A stretch of 64,000 nt of DNA, from contig JAFPUF010000130.1 of assembly GCA_017395545.1 (NCBI GenBank), forward strand, positions 435 to 64,434, in the 5' to 3' direction. The translations under genes were made by a program, and so were the position numbers. How positions within the stretch are numbered: position 1 is the first letter of the stretch; each line of letters starts with the position of its first letter. Below the pieces are notes generated by a model. That model was not told the DNA's origin and searched no databases. It was given only the letters and a program-made list of their open reading frames with translations. The DNA comes from Treponema sp. Its GTDB lineage: Bacteria; Spirochaetota; Spirochaetia; Treponematales; Treponemataceae. This document shows, piece by piece, positions 1-8,667 of the stretch.

Positions 1-1
1 C

Positions 2-373
2 AAAACTGAAAGAATCGAGTCTTCCCAGTTTTACTCCAAAATCAAAGATCGTGTTCACTACCTCGCCCAGCTTGAATCAATTTTTGACAGCAATGACACG
101 ATTTTCAAATATGACGAAAAAGAAAATATCCTGACATCACAAATAACAGGCGAATATTTAATGAAGAACATTGTTGAATCCCGGAATATTTTCACTTTCC
201 TTGATAAAACAAAAGACGGCAAATATTATTGCAGGTCATTTTTTCCGCAAAGTTTCAAAGACTACTCATACCGCCAGAAAAACTGGACTGTGCTTTCAAA
301 GAAGAAGATTTTTAAGAAAGTCGGTGAAGTCATTGTTTTGTACGATTATTTCGCAGACAAATCTCCGCGTTAA
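2..373 (+). CDS. PBECR4-like (phage-Barnase-EndoU-ColicinE5/D-RelE superfamily) putative nuclease, 5'-truncated by the window edge
   Basis: Frame is open from base 2 (KTERIESSQFYSKIKDRVHYLAQLESIFDSNDTIFKY...EYLMKN...FLDK...YYCRSFFP...DYSYRQKNWTVL). The CRSFFP/DY..Q pattern resembles PBECR4-domain proteins I recall. The ORF-track ATG at 161 is internal. Confidence 0.55.
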   Translation, partial: KTERIESSQFYSKIKDRVHYLAQLESIFDSNDTIFKYDEKENILTSQITGEYLMKNIVESRNIFTFLDKTKDGKYYCRSFFPQSFKDYSYRQKNWTVLSKKKIFKKVGEVIVLYDYFADKSPR

Positions 374-484
374 GGATAGTAGCCGCGCCGAAGGCGTTCT
401 GGAATGAGCGCAGCGAATGGAAGAATGGAGCGCGGTTAGCGCGGAACGGCGGATAGCCTGACCCGCCGCAGGCGGGTAACGCCC
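367..484 (-). repeat. Structured GC-rich interspersed element, family A (Flavo-1-like RNA/REP-like)
   Basis: Minus strand reads GGGCG-hairpin(acccgcc/ggcgggt)-CAGGCTATCCG...CGCTAAC...CTATCCTTAACGC. The same architecture is at 19949-20042. Overlaps the stop codon of the upstream ORF. Confidence 0.55.
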
Positions 485-571
485 ATTGTTCACTACTTCA
501 CCCCCACAAACCACTTCACACAACTAACCAAAATTATGCCATACAAATATTGCACTATCTTTACAAATTTA

Positions 572-580
572 TGCTATACT
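572..580 (+). promoter_or_regulatory. Extended -10 promoter element (TGcTATACT), probable leaderless transcript
   Basis: TGCTATACT ends 7 nt before ATG 588; no Shine-Dalgarno. Confidence 0.6.
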
Positions 581-587
581 ATCCTAA

Positions 588-1967
588 ATGTCCCAAAAGA
601 AAACCTATATCGCCATTGACCTGAAATCCTTCTATGCCTCTGTTGAATGCCGGGAGCGGGGCCTTAATCCTCTTACAACAAAGCTTGTGGTCGCTGATTC
701 AAGCCGTTCAAGCAAAACGATTTGTCTTGCGGTCACTCCGGCTTTAAAGGCTTATGGGCTTTCTGGGCGGAGCAGGCTTTTTGAGGTAGAGGCTAAGGCA
801 CGCGAAATCAAACGGCAGACTGGGAAGGAACTGGAATACATCACGGCTACTCCACGCATGGCTCTTTACATTCAGTATTCTGCGCGAATTTACAATATTT
901 ATCTCAAATATTTTTCTCCTGATGATATTCATGTTTATTCTATTGATGAAGTTTTTATCGATGCAACTTCGTATCTTAAGCTTTACAAAACTGACGCCCA
1001 TACTCTTGTGGTCAGAGTGATAAAAAATATTCTCTCTGAAACCGGTATCACGGCAACGGCGGGGATTGCGCCAAATCTTTACCTTTGTAAAATTGCGATG
1101 GATATTGTGGCGAAGCATATTCCTGCGGATGATGATGGTGTGCGAATCGCTGAGCTTGACGAAATGACTTACCGGGAAAAACTCTGGTCGCACACTCCTC
1201 TCACTGACTTCTGGCGGATTGGAAAGGGAATTGCTCGTCGTCTGGAGAAAAAATACATCTTCACTATGGGAGATATTGCCCGTACTTCGCTTAGGAATCC
1301 CGATTCTCTTTACGACGAGTTTGGAATTGATGCTGAAATCCTGATTGACCATGCCTGGGGCTACGAGAATGTGGGCATGAAGGACATCAAGAGCTACAAA
1401 AGCACGGCAAAGTCGCTCACCAGCGGTCAGGTTCTCCAGCGTCCTTATTCTTTTGAAGAAGGAAAAATCATCATCAGGGAGATGGCGGAACTTCTGGCTC
1501 TGGACTTGTTTGAAAAGAATCTCGTTACAAGCACGGTGACTCTTCAGGTTGGTTATGATATCGAAGGAATCCCTGAAAACTATAACGGCGAGTTTGTAAA
1601 AGACTTTTATGGCCGGATTGTCCCCAAGCCTGCTCACGGTTCAATTTTTGTGGGCGATGACACCAATTCTTCAAAAGCAATAACGGAAGGATTTGTCAGT
1701 CTTTATGAGCGCATCGTGAATCCTGCTTTGAAGGTCAGGCGATTCAATATTTCGGCAAACGGAATCAAAAATCAGTCGGAAAGAGAAGCAAGTCTTTTTG
1801 ACGATATCGAAGAAAATATTCCTGACAAAAAAGAAGAGAGCCTGCAACAAGCTCGGCTTGCAATCATCAAAAAATTCGGAAAAAATGCGATCTTAAAAGG
1901 AACGAACTTGCAGGAAAGCGCAATGACTATCGAAAGAAACAAACAGATTGGAGGTCACAAGGCATGA
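588..1967 (+). CDS. Y-family translesion DNA polymerase (UmuC/YqjW-like, ImpB/MucB/SamB family)
   Basis: AIDLKSFYASVE and YSIDE catalytic motifs, HhH-like WRIGKG, clamp-binding-like EASLF, C-terminal RecA-NT-like AIIKKFGKNAILKG. Confidence 0.93.
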   Translation: MSQKKTYIAIDLKSFYASVECRERGLNPLTTKLVVADSSRSSKTICLAVTPALKAYGLSGRSRLFEVEAKAREIKRQTGKELEYITATPRMALYIQYSARIYNIYLKYFSPDDIHVYSIDEVFIDATSYLKLYKTDAHTLVVRVIKNILSETGITATAGIAPNLYLCKIAMDIVAKHIPADDDGVRIAELDEMTYREKLWSHTPLTDFWRIGKGIARRLEKKYIFTMGDIARTSLRNPDSLYDEFGIDAEILIDHAWGYENVGMKDIKSYKSTAKSLTSGQVLQRPYSFEEGKIIIREMAELLALDLFEKNLVTSTVTLQVGYDIEGIPENYNGEFVKDFYGRIVPKPAHGSIFVGDDTNSSKAITEGFVSLYERIVNPALKVRRFNISANGIKNQSEREASLFDDIEENIPDKKEESLQQARLAIIKKFGKNAILKGTNLQESAMTIERNKQIGGHKA

Positions 1968-2146
1968 AAAATTACGATGACATCATCAATACCAGGTGGC
2001 CACCAGAAAAGCCGGATTTTAATCACCCGAGAATGCCTGTAAGTCAGCGGGCAAAAATCTTTCTTCCTTTTTCGGCTCTGACAGGCTATGAAAAGGCTCT
2101 CAAAGAAACCCTTAAAGCCGAAATCAAAAGCATGGAAGAAGATTAA
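1964..2146 (+). CDS. Short YolD/YqjX-like accessory protein of the Y-family polymerase
   Basis: YDDIIN...HPRMP..QRAKIFLPFSALTGY motif; ATGA overlap with the polymerase stop; GGAGG RBS. Confidence 0.75.
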   Translation: MKNYDDIINTRWPPEKPDFNHPRMPVSQRAKIFLPFSALTGYEKALKETLKAEIKSMEED

Positions 2147-2177
2147 TTCGGAATTCGGAATTAGGAATTATGAATTG
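2145..2177. repeat. Degenerate heptamer tandem repeat (AATTCGG/AATTCGG/AATTAGG/AATTATG/AATTG)
   Basis: Directly visible after the stop codon. Confidence 0.7.
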
Positions 2178-2221
2178 CCGGGACTGTGAGTGATTTTGCT
2201 TACGGCGAGGTTTTCCTTTCC

Positions 2222-2815
2222 CTACAGATTCAAATTAAATACCAGTGAATTGTGAATGCCTATCATATCGGAAAGCATCACTGTATTCAGAAAGAGGCCT
2301 GCGTTGTAGTTGATTTTTACTTTGTTTGTGTTGGCAAGGACGATTCCGAGGACAGGTTCCAGGAGGAGGCCGCTGTCCTTGTTGTTGAAATAGATTCCGC
2401 CGACTTTTGCGCCGAAGTAGGGAACAAGAAATTTTCGTACTCCGTGACCGAATTTTTCAAACGAAATGTTTGTGCCGAGGGAATAGGTAAAGAAGATGTC
2501 ATCATTGATTTTTGAGTGAAGTTCCTTATAAAAGCCTATTTCGGCATAGATTTCGTAATATCCGCCGAAGTCAGTTGATGAGGCTGCTTCCGTGACGCCC
2601 TGTATGAAGGCGTAATGAAAATCGAATCCGGGGTAGTTTTTGTTGTTTTCAAAGCCTGTCAGCATTGAGACAGATAGCCCAGGCAGGAAAGCATTTCGTA
2701 CCGAGTCATCTGCCTCTTGTTTGTTTGTATTTATTCCGGAATCCGGCGTATGTGTATGTGCAAAAGCAGAAAATCCGAGAATTAAACTTAAAATAACTGT
2801 GACAGGCTTTTTCAT
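2222..2815 (-). CDS. Exported hypothetical protein, possible small outer-membrane beta-barrel
   Basis: Signal peptide ending AFA, amphipathic aromatic/Gly strands, C-terminus VFNLNL. Confidence 0.6.
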   Translation of the reverse strand: MKKPVTVILSLILGFSAFAHTHTPDSGINTNKQEADDSVRNAFLPGLSVSMLTGFENNKNYPGFDFHYAFIQGVTEAASSTDFGGYYEIYAEIGFYKELHSKINDDIFFTYSLGTNISFEKFGHGVRKFLVPYFGAKVGGIYFNNKDSGLLLEPVLGIVLANTNKVKINYNAGLFLNTVMLSDMIGIHNSLVFNLNL

Positions 2816-2836
2816 TTTTTTTCCTTTATTTATTTC

Positions 2837-3076
2837 TTACATTACCGCTTTCAATATTGCAATCAGTACGCACGCACCGACAATATCAAGCACGAACTGA
2901 AGCACGGTGTTCCGTACTTTGAGCGCTGAGCCCAAAAATCCGCCGATGAGGGAGCCGACGAGACCGACCAGAACGCACACGATGAAGCCGACCAGTGTGC
3001 TTCCGCCGAAACTGACCTTCATGAAAAAGCCGCCGAGAAGACCGACGATAAGACCCATAAGAATTGTAACAAGCAT
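2837..3076 (-). CDS. GlsB/YeaQ/YmgE family (transglycosylase-associated) small membrane protein
   Basis: Gly-rich TM segments (GLIVGLLGG, VGLVGSLIGG, IVGACVLI). Start reassigned to ATG 3076 behind GGAGGT. Confidence 0.75.
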   Translation of the reverse strand: MLVTILMGLIVGLLGGFFMKVSFGGSTLVGFIVCVLVGLVGSLIGGFLGSALKVRNTVLQFVLDIVGACVLIAILKAVM

Positions 3077-3228
3077 TTTTTTACCTCCAGAACTTGTAAA
3101 AATACCAGGTGCTGAGCAGCACTTCCTTAATATTCTACACCAGAAAATCAGGTTTGTCTCAAAAAAAACTTGCCGCTTTGTCATAGAACTGGATTCTTGA
3201 GAATCTTTATGCCGGCTGACTTTTTTGT

Positions 3229-3255
3229 TAAATTTCAACTTTCATTTGCCGAAAA
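3229..3255 (+). promoter_or_regulatory. Sigma-28 (FliA) type promoter
   Basis: TAAA-N15-GCCGAAAA, ending 10 nt before ATG 3266. Confidence 0.65.
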
Positions 3256-3265
3256 TAATGAAGAT

Positions 3266-4246
3266 ATGAAATGTTCGTTTTTTAAAGTCGCTTCTTTAGT
3301 TTTGATTTTTTCGGCGTCCTCTTATATTTATTCTGACACGGTTCATGAAGTTCAGACCGGGGACACTTTGTATTCCATCGGCCGAAAATACGGTGTTTCT
3401 GTGAGCGCAATTCAGGAGGCAAATGCTCTTTCTGACAACGGAATTAAAGTCGGGCAGAAAATTAAGATTCCTGACGCTGCGGGTGGTGCTCAGAAGTCAC
3501 AGACCGCTAAAACTGAACCTCCGAAAAACGCAGCGCAGGCAAACACCTCTAAACCTGCAGAAAAAAAATCATCAGAAGTAACACAGACTAAATCTGACGG
3601 AACTTACACTGTTCAGAAAGGGGAGACCTGGTTTGGAATCTCAAAAAAATACGGAATTTCTGTGGCGGATTTACAGAAAATGAACGGAGCGGGAGCGGAC
3701 TCTTCCCTGAAAGTCGGCCAGAAACTGAAAGTCCCTGGAAGCAGTGCTTCGTCATCTGCTCCTTCAAAAGAAAATACTGCGGTTGCTTCTGCAAAAAACA
3801 CTCAGTCTTCATCTTCTGCCGCAAGCACTCCTAAAGTTCCTGACTTAAAGTCGAATGACCCTCACAATTATTCGAGCAAGAAAGCAGATTCTTCGCTTGT
3901 CTGGCCTGTTAAGACTCAGAATATCGTCTATATCAACGGAAAAATCGGCGGTGTCAGCATGGCCGCAAAAAAAGACGAAGAGGTCAAGGCTATCAGGGCT
4001 GGAACCGTCATGTTCTCAGGCTCTTACCGCGGTTTTGGAAACGTTGTTTTTATACAGAGCAAAACGGGGCATATCTACGCATATACAGGGCTTGGTTCAA
4101 TCGATGTCTCAAAAGGCGATTACATCAACTATAGTTCAGAGATTGGAAAGGCCGGAGTAGACACGTACACAGGAAAATCACAGATTTCGCTTATGGTTTT
4201 CCAGAACGGGCAGCCGATTGACCCTGCAAAAGCTCCGCGGGGATAA
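3266..4246 (+). CDS. Two-LysM-domain protein with degenerate M23/LytM domain (NlpD-like)
   Basis: Signal peptide; HEVQTGDTLYSIGRKYGVS and YTVQKGETWFGISKKYGIS LysM repeats; M23 fold (WPV..., GFGNVVFI, IDP) lacking the Zn-binding His residues. Confidence 0.85.
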   Translation: MKCSFFKVASLVLIFSASSYIYSDTVHEVQTGDTLYSIGRKYGVSVSAIQEANALSDNGIKVGQKIKIPDAAGGAQKSQTAKTEPPKNAAQANTSKPAEKKSSEVTQTKSDGTYTVQKGETWFGISKKYGISVADLQKMNGAGADSSLKVGQKLKVPGSSASSSAPSKENTAVASAKNTQSSSSAASTPKVPDLKSNDPHNYSSKKADSSLVWPVKTQNIVYINGKIGGVSMAAKKDEEVKAIRAGTVMFSGSYRGFGNVVFIQSKTGHIYAYTGLGSIDVSKGDYINYSSEIGKAGVDTYTGKSQISLMVFQNGQPIDPAKAPRG

Positions 4247-4284
4247 AAAAAACAAAAAAAAATTAAAAATTTTTAGAAAAACTG

Positions 4285-4313
4285 TTGACACAATTTCGGC
4301 TTTTCTATATTAT
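4285..4313 (+). promoter_or_regulatory. Sigma-70 promoter of the tRNA operon
   Basis: TTGACA-17-TATTAT preceded by an A/T-rich UP-like tract. Confidence 0.8.
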
Positions 4314-4327
4314 ATCATACATCAGTT

Positions 4328-4401
4328 GGGGGCGTAGCGAAGCTGGTTATCGCGCTGGCCTGTCACGCCGGAGATCGAGGGTTCGAGCCCCTTCGCTCCC
4401 G
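4328..4401 (+). tRNA. tRNA-Asp(GTC)
   Basis: Acceptor GGGGGCG/CGCTCCC, anticodon arm ctggc-ctGTCac-gccgg, GGTTCGA T-loop; CCA not encoded. Confidence 0.95.
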
Positions 4402-4406
4402 TCTGT

Positions 4407-4441
4407 TGCCCGTTTACCGAAGGTAAGCGGGCATTTTTTTT
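4407..4441 (+). terminator. Intrinsic terminator-like hairpin between the two tRNAs
   Basis: tgcccgtttacc-gaa-ggtaagcgggca followed by T8. Confidence 0.65.
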
Positions 4442-4445
4442 ATCA

Positions 4446-4518
4446 CGGGTAGTAGCGCAGCTGGTAGCGCACAACGTTCGGGACGTTGGGGTCGCTGGTT
4501 CGAATCCAGTCTACCCGA
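4446..4518 (+). tRNA. tRNA-Pro(CGG)
   Basis: Acceptor CGGGTAG/CTACCCG, anticodon arm caacg-ttCGGga-cgttg, GGTTCGAATCC. Confidence 0.95.
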
Positions 4519-4537
4519 TATTCTTTTTGATTCGAGT

Positions 4538-4574
4538 ACGATGTTCTCCTGTGTTGAGAACATCGTTTTTTTTT
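4538..4574 (+). terminator. Intrinsic terminator after tRNA-Pro
   Basis: acgatgttctc-loop-gagaacatcgt followed by a T-run. Confidence 0.8.
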
Positions 4575-4590
4575 GCTAAAATACGATTCT

Positions 4591-6912
4591 ATGAAAAGAT
4601 TGATTCCCGTCATTTTTGTTCTGACGGCGGCAGTGCTTGCTTTTTTGTTTTTCAGCAGAAATCTCTTTGTTAATAAAACTACATTTTCTCGTGCGCGTGT
4701 TGTAATTCCTCTTGCCGGGGAGGAACTTGAAAAATCTAAGGCCGGCGAATATTCAGATGGTCTTGAGCACACTTCTTTTATTCAGCTTTCAAGCGGCGAA
4801 ACTCTGGTTGGAACCCTGGAAATGGATATTGACGGAGACGGCTTTGATGATCAGGTAAACATGGTAAAAACTTCGGCCAGCCCTTACATTGTTCTTATTG
4901 TCGGGCTCTACGACGGAAAAAACGGCACTTATTCCCGCTCGAACTATATTGCCACGGAAATCACCCAGATGAAGACTTTTGCCTGCACGAGCCTTGATGT
5001 CCTTGGCAAGCACAAAAATGCGCTCGTTTATCAGGGAGTTACCGATTCCGGAAAAGTTGTTCTGAAAATTTACGAAGGCAATTACAATAAAGATTCTCAG
5101 TTCATACTGAATCCAATCGGAGATTTTGAGGCGGAAGGTACGATTTTTATTCAGCAGACACCAAGAAGCGAAAGTTACGAGCTGAGCCAGACAAAGGGTG
5201 ACAGTTTCCCGGTCTGGGTTTACACTTCGGAGCCGCAGAAAGTCGGACAGGATTCTTCCAGGCTCGACCAGATTCAGACTATGTATGACTGGAGCGAGTC
5301 GGAAGGAAAATATGTTGTCGTAAAAACTTTGAGGGTCGCCGGAAACAGGGTTGCTGAGAGGGAACTGGCAAAAATTCAGGACGGAACAGTCGCCACTTTT
5401 GCGAATTTTCTTGACGGTCTCTGGTATAAAACCGAGAATTCCGGAAAAAACATACGCTTCATTTCATTTGACTATCCGAATTCAGAAATTATCTTTGAGT
5501 ACGAGGACAGCGAGGAAGTCTATTCATGGCTTCAGAGTACGCTGCGTCGCAACGGAATTTATTTTTCTGCCGTGAACAAGTCAATCGAAAATCTTCAGAG
5601 GCGCTTCGACATCTCACTGGTGAGTACGGACGAAATCAGAATCAAGCTTCAGGACGACGTCCGCATGCTGATTAACGAAAGCACGCAGTGGGACGGAAAT
5701 TACAAAAAATTCATTTCACGCGGGGTGAGCGAGGAAAAGCCGACAAAAGAAAGTGCCGTAATCGCAAGACTTATCGAACAGGAGAACTGGGAGACGAGCG
5801 ATCATACAATCCTCAAATTCACGGAGAACTCTTATACCGCCAGCGGAAAGTCTTCTTACGACTCAGGCCGTTTTACTACCAACGAGGTTTCCGGAAGCAC
5901 GCTCCTTCAGTTCCGTTCGGTTCACGAAGTTCCTTTTTTTAAGCGTACATATCAGCCCGGTTTTCAGGACGAAAAGGACAATGATACGATTGTTTTGTAC
6001 CGCGTAGTTCTTTCTCCGGAAGGATTTTACCAGGAGCCTGCAAATCCTCTCGTTTTGAGAAAATATACTCCTCCGAAAGAAGAAGATGTTTCTCCTGCCG
6101 AAGAGATTCAGTCGTTTGTAACTACAGAAGCCCCTCAGAATTCAAAAGAACCTAAGCTGTCTGTCGGAATTTCGCCTCAGTATTTCTCTCCGGACGGAGA
6201 CGGTGAATATGACGATTTGACGATTATAGTCAAGGCGGAGTGCGATTCTCCGATGAAATGCTGGAGTTTCACTGTCGAAGATCCTGCAACCCTGAAGCCG
6301 TTCTGGCAAATCAAGGGAACTACAAGCCTTCAGGAAAAAATTGTCTGGAACGGAAAAAGTTCCCGTGGTGAGACAGTTCAGTCGGCCACGGATTATCCTT
6401 ACGAATTTACAGTAACAGATTCAGACAACCTTTCTTCGACGGTAAAAGGTTTTGTAAAAGTTGATGTTCTCGTTATTCGTGACGGGGATCGAATCAAAAT
6501 TCAGGTTCCGTCGATTATTTTCCGAAGTGATGCCGCTGACTTCAAGACAACACAGGAACTTGCAGCCCGGCCTGATTATGACGGAGTTACGAAAGGACTG
6601 GATCAGCGCACTCTTGAGAATAATGTCAAAGTTCTGAGCCGTATTTCTGAAATCCTCAAAAAATTCAGGGATTACAACGTTCAGATTGAAGGAAACGCAA
6701 ACAATCTTTCAGGAACCCAGAAAGAAGAGGACGAGGTAAAACTTCTGTCTGAGCAGCGGGCAAAATATGTGCGTGACTGGCTCGTTAAGGACGGAGTTCC
6801 TGCCGCAAACCTGAAGGCTCATGGTAACGGAAGCAAAAATCCCGCAACCCTTTCGACAGCTCTCGAAGACCGCTGGAAAAACCGCCGCGTAGAATTTATT
6901 TTGAAAAAATAG
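4591..6912 (+). CDS. Pallilysin-related adhesin domain fused to an FSPDGDG Ig-like module and a C-terminal OmpA-like peptidoglycan-binding domain
   Basis: N-terminal TM; DIDGDGFDDQVNMVKTSASPYIVLIVGLY recalls treponemal pallilysin-related adhesins; YFSPDGDGEYD module; OmpA motifs IEGNAN, LSEQRAKYVRDWLV, NRRVEF. Start moved to ATG 4591. Confidence 0.7.
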   Translation: MKRLIPVIFVLTAAVLAFLFFSRNLFVNKTTFSRARVVIPLAGEELEKSKAGEYSDGLEHTSFIQLSSGETLVGTLEMDIDGDGFDDQVNMVKTSASPYIVLIVGLYDGKNGTYSRSNYIATEITQMKTFACTSLDVLGKHKNALVYQGVTDSGKVVLKIYEGNYNKDSQFILNPIGDFEAEGTIFIQQTPRSESYELSQTKGDSFPVWVYTSEPQKVGQDSSRLDQIQTMYDWSESEGKYVVVKTLRVAGNRVAERELAKIQDGTVATFANFLDGLWYKTENSGKNIRFISFDYPNSEIIFEYEDSEEVYSWLQSTLRRNGIYFSAVNKSIENLQRRFDISLVSTDEIRIKLQDDVRMLINESTQWDGNYKKFISRGVSEEKPTKESAVIARLIEQENWETSDHTILKFTENSYTASGKSSYDSGRFTTNEVSGSTLLQFRSVHEVPFFKRTYQPGFQDEKDNDTIVLYRVVLSPEGFYQEPANPLVLRKYTPPKEEDVSPAEEIQSFVTTEAPQNSKEPKLSVGISPQYFSPDGDGEYDDLTIIVKAECDSPMKCWSFTVEDPATLKPFWQIKGTTSLQEKIVWNGKSSRGETVQSATDYPYEFTVTDSDNLSSTVKGFVKVDVLVIRDGDRIKIQVPSIIFRSDAADFKTTQELAARPDYDGVTKGLDQRTLENNVKVLSRISEILKKFRDYNVQIEGNANNLSGTQKEEDEVKLLSEQRAKYVRDWLVKDGVPAANLKAHGNGSKNPATLSTALEDRWKNRRVEFILKK

Positions 6913-6937
6913 CGTCAAAATGCTATACTCTTGTCCT

Positions 6938-8191
6938 ATGAGAAAAATTGTAAGCGCCGGGATTTCCGTAATTCTTTTTGTTTTTACCCTTGTTTCCTGC
7001 TCAAATTCTGCTCCTGTCGTAATCTGGACTGACAGACCCGAAATCGTTTCCTATGTAGAATTTTTTAATGTCGCCCAGAATAAAAGCAGGGCAGTGGTCG
7101 TATACAAAGAAAAACTCGCATCTTCTTTGCCGCCGGCTAAAGATGAAAAGACTCCTGACATTGTAATCGGCTCTTTTTTGCGCAATTCCAGAATAAAAAA
7201 GAATTTTGCTCCGCTCGACAGGGTGTTTTCCAGAAGCCAGATAAATCCTTCTACGATTTACAGTTCGCTGCTTGATTACGGAAAGGTCAGCGGAAGACAG
7301 TACCTGATTCCGGTGAGCTTCAATGTTCCGATGATGATTTTTTCTCAGAAGAATCACGAACTTATCGCGGAGAAGATGCTCATTAATTCTGATGAAATCC
7401 GCGATTCTGCCTCCGTCTTTAACCAGAACTCAAAAGATGACATCTGCATAAAAATGGGATACGCTCCTTCCTGGAATGCGAATTTTATTTTCCATGTCGC
7501 GAAAATGAACGGGGCAGAATTCAGCGAAAAGGGAAGTGATTTTTCCTGGAACACCGAATCACTGAATAAAACGATTGAATACGTCAGAAAGTGGTCTGCC
7601 GAAAAAAACGGCGGAACCGGTGCTGAGCAGGATTTTTCTTTCAAATATCTTTATATGCCGGAACACAAGCTCATCAATTCTGACAGATGTCTGTTCGCTT
7701 ACATCAAGAGCGACGAGTTTTTCAACATTGCGGCTGAGCAGACAGAGAACATCGCTTTTCACTGGCTCGGAAAAGGCGACAAAATTTTTGTGAATGATGA
7801 CATGACTTCCCTTGGAATTTTTCGGAAAACAAAGAATGCGGGTGCGGCCTACGCCTTCATCGAATGGTTTTTCAGGGAGAGCACGCAGAAAAATCTTCTT
7901 GACCGTTCGATGAGAATGGGGCTTGATACCCGGACATTCGGAATCTGCTCGGGCTTCTCTTCGATAAAAAGCGTGAATGAGCGGGTTTTCCCGAGCTATT
8001 ACAAGACTCTGCTCGGAAAAATGCCGGAGGAGTCTTCCCTCGTTGCACCTCTACCGCTCCCGAGCCGCTGGGAAAGCCTCAAGGAAAGGGTGATAATTCC
8101 ATATCTTACAGAGGCAACCGATACAGGAAATACACTCGCTATAAAATCAATCGATGAAAGAATAACCGCCTGGCGCAACCAGTTCAATTAA
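6938..8191 (+). CDS. Extracellular solute-binding-protein-like lipoprotein
   Basis: Lipobox LVSC; PDIVIG, YLIPVSFNVP and AYAFIEWF are typical of SBP family 1. TTGAAA-17-TATACT ends 8 nt before ATG 6938. Confidence 0.7.
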   Translation: MRKIVSAGISVILFVFTLVSCSNSAPVVIWTDRPEIVSYVEFFNVAQNKSRAVVVYKEKLASSLPPAKDEKTPDIVIGSFLRNSRIKKNFAPLDRVFSRSQINPSTIYSSLLDYGKVSGRQYLIPVSFNVPMMIFSQKNHELIAEKMLINSDEIRDSASVFNQNSKDDICIKMGYAPSWNANFIFHVAKMNGAEFSEKGSDFSWNTESLNKTIEYVRKWSAEKNGGTGAEQDFSFKYLYMPEHKLINSDRCLFAYIKSDEFFNIAAEQTENIAFHWLGKGDKIFVNDDMTSLGIFRKTKNAGAAYAFIEWFFRESTQKNLLDRSMRMGLDTRTFGICSGFSSIKSVNERVFPSYYKTLLGKMPEESSLVAPLPLPSRWESLKERVIIPYLTEATDTGNTLAIKSIDERITAWRNQFN

Positions 8192-8204
8192 TGGCAGTTT
8201 TCTC

Positions 8205-8231
8205 TAATCTCTTTTTCTCACTTTCCGATAA
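8205..8231 (+). promoter_or_regulatory. Sigma-28 type promoter
   Basis: TAAT-N15-TCCGATAA upstream of the 8272 gene. Confidence 0.65.
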
Positions 8232-8271
8232 TTTAAATATAAAAAAGTGGATGGGGAAGTGAGGTGAGATT

Positions 8272-8667
8272 ATGGTAAACGGAATTTCATTGAACGCAAA
8301 TAATTTTAATTACGCAAATGTCGTTTCTTCAAGCGGCCACGGCAAACTTTATGTGCCTGTATCGCAGCAGAATGTAATTTACGCTCACTTTGATCATGTT
8401 ACGGGAGTTGCCGCAAAGCCGAACCAGAAAGGCGTTTCTATTTCGAAAATTCAGATTCTGAACTCTCTTTTGAATCAGCTCATTTCTATGAAAAGCCAGC
8501 CGAAACTTGATGTCAAAACGGAAGAAATGACTGATTCGCAGCTTGATGCACTTATCGAAAATACCCAGTCAAAGATTCAGACCCAGGTTCAGGTTGCACA
8601 GGCTACCGGTTACGGACTTGCAGGTGCTGCCCCTGAGGCAGGAGCAGTTCTGAGTCTTAATGTTTAA
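8272..8667 (+). CDS. Hypothetical protein (131 aa), likely sigma-28 dependent
   Basis: GAGGTG RBS, clean ORF, LYVPV..IYAHFDHV.GV motif; no recognised domain. Confidence 0.7.
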   Translation: MVNGISLNANNFNYANVVSSSGHGKLYVPVSQQNVIYAHFDHVTGVAAKPNQKGVSISKIQILNSLLNQLISMKSQPKLDVKTEEMTDSQLDALIENTQSKIQTQVQVAQATGYGLAGAAPEAGAVLSLNV

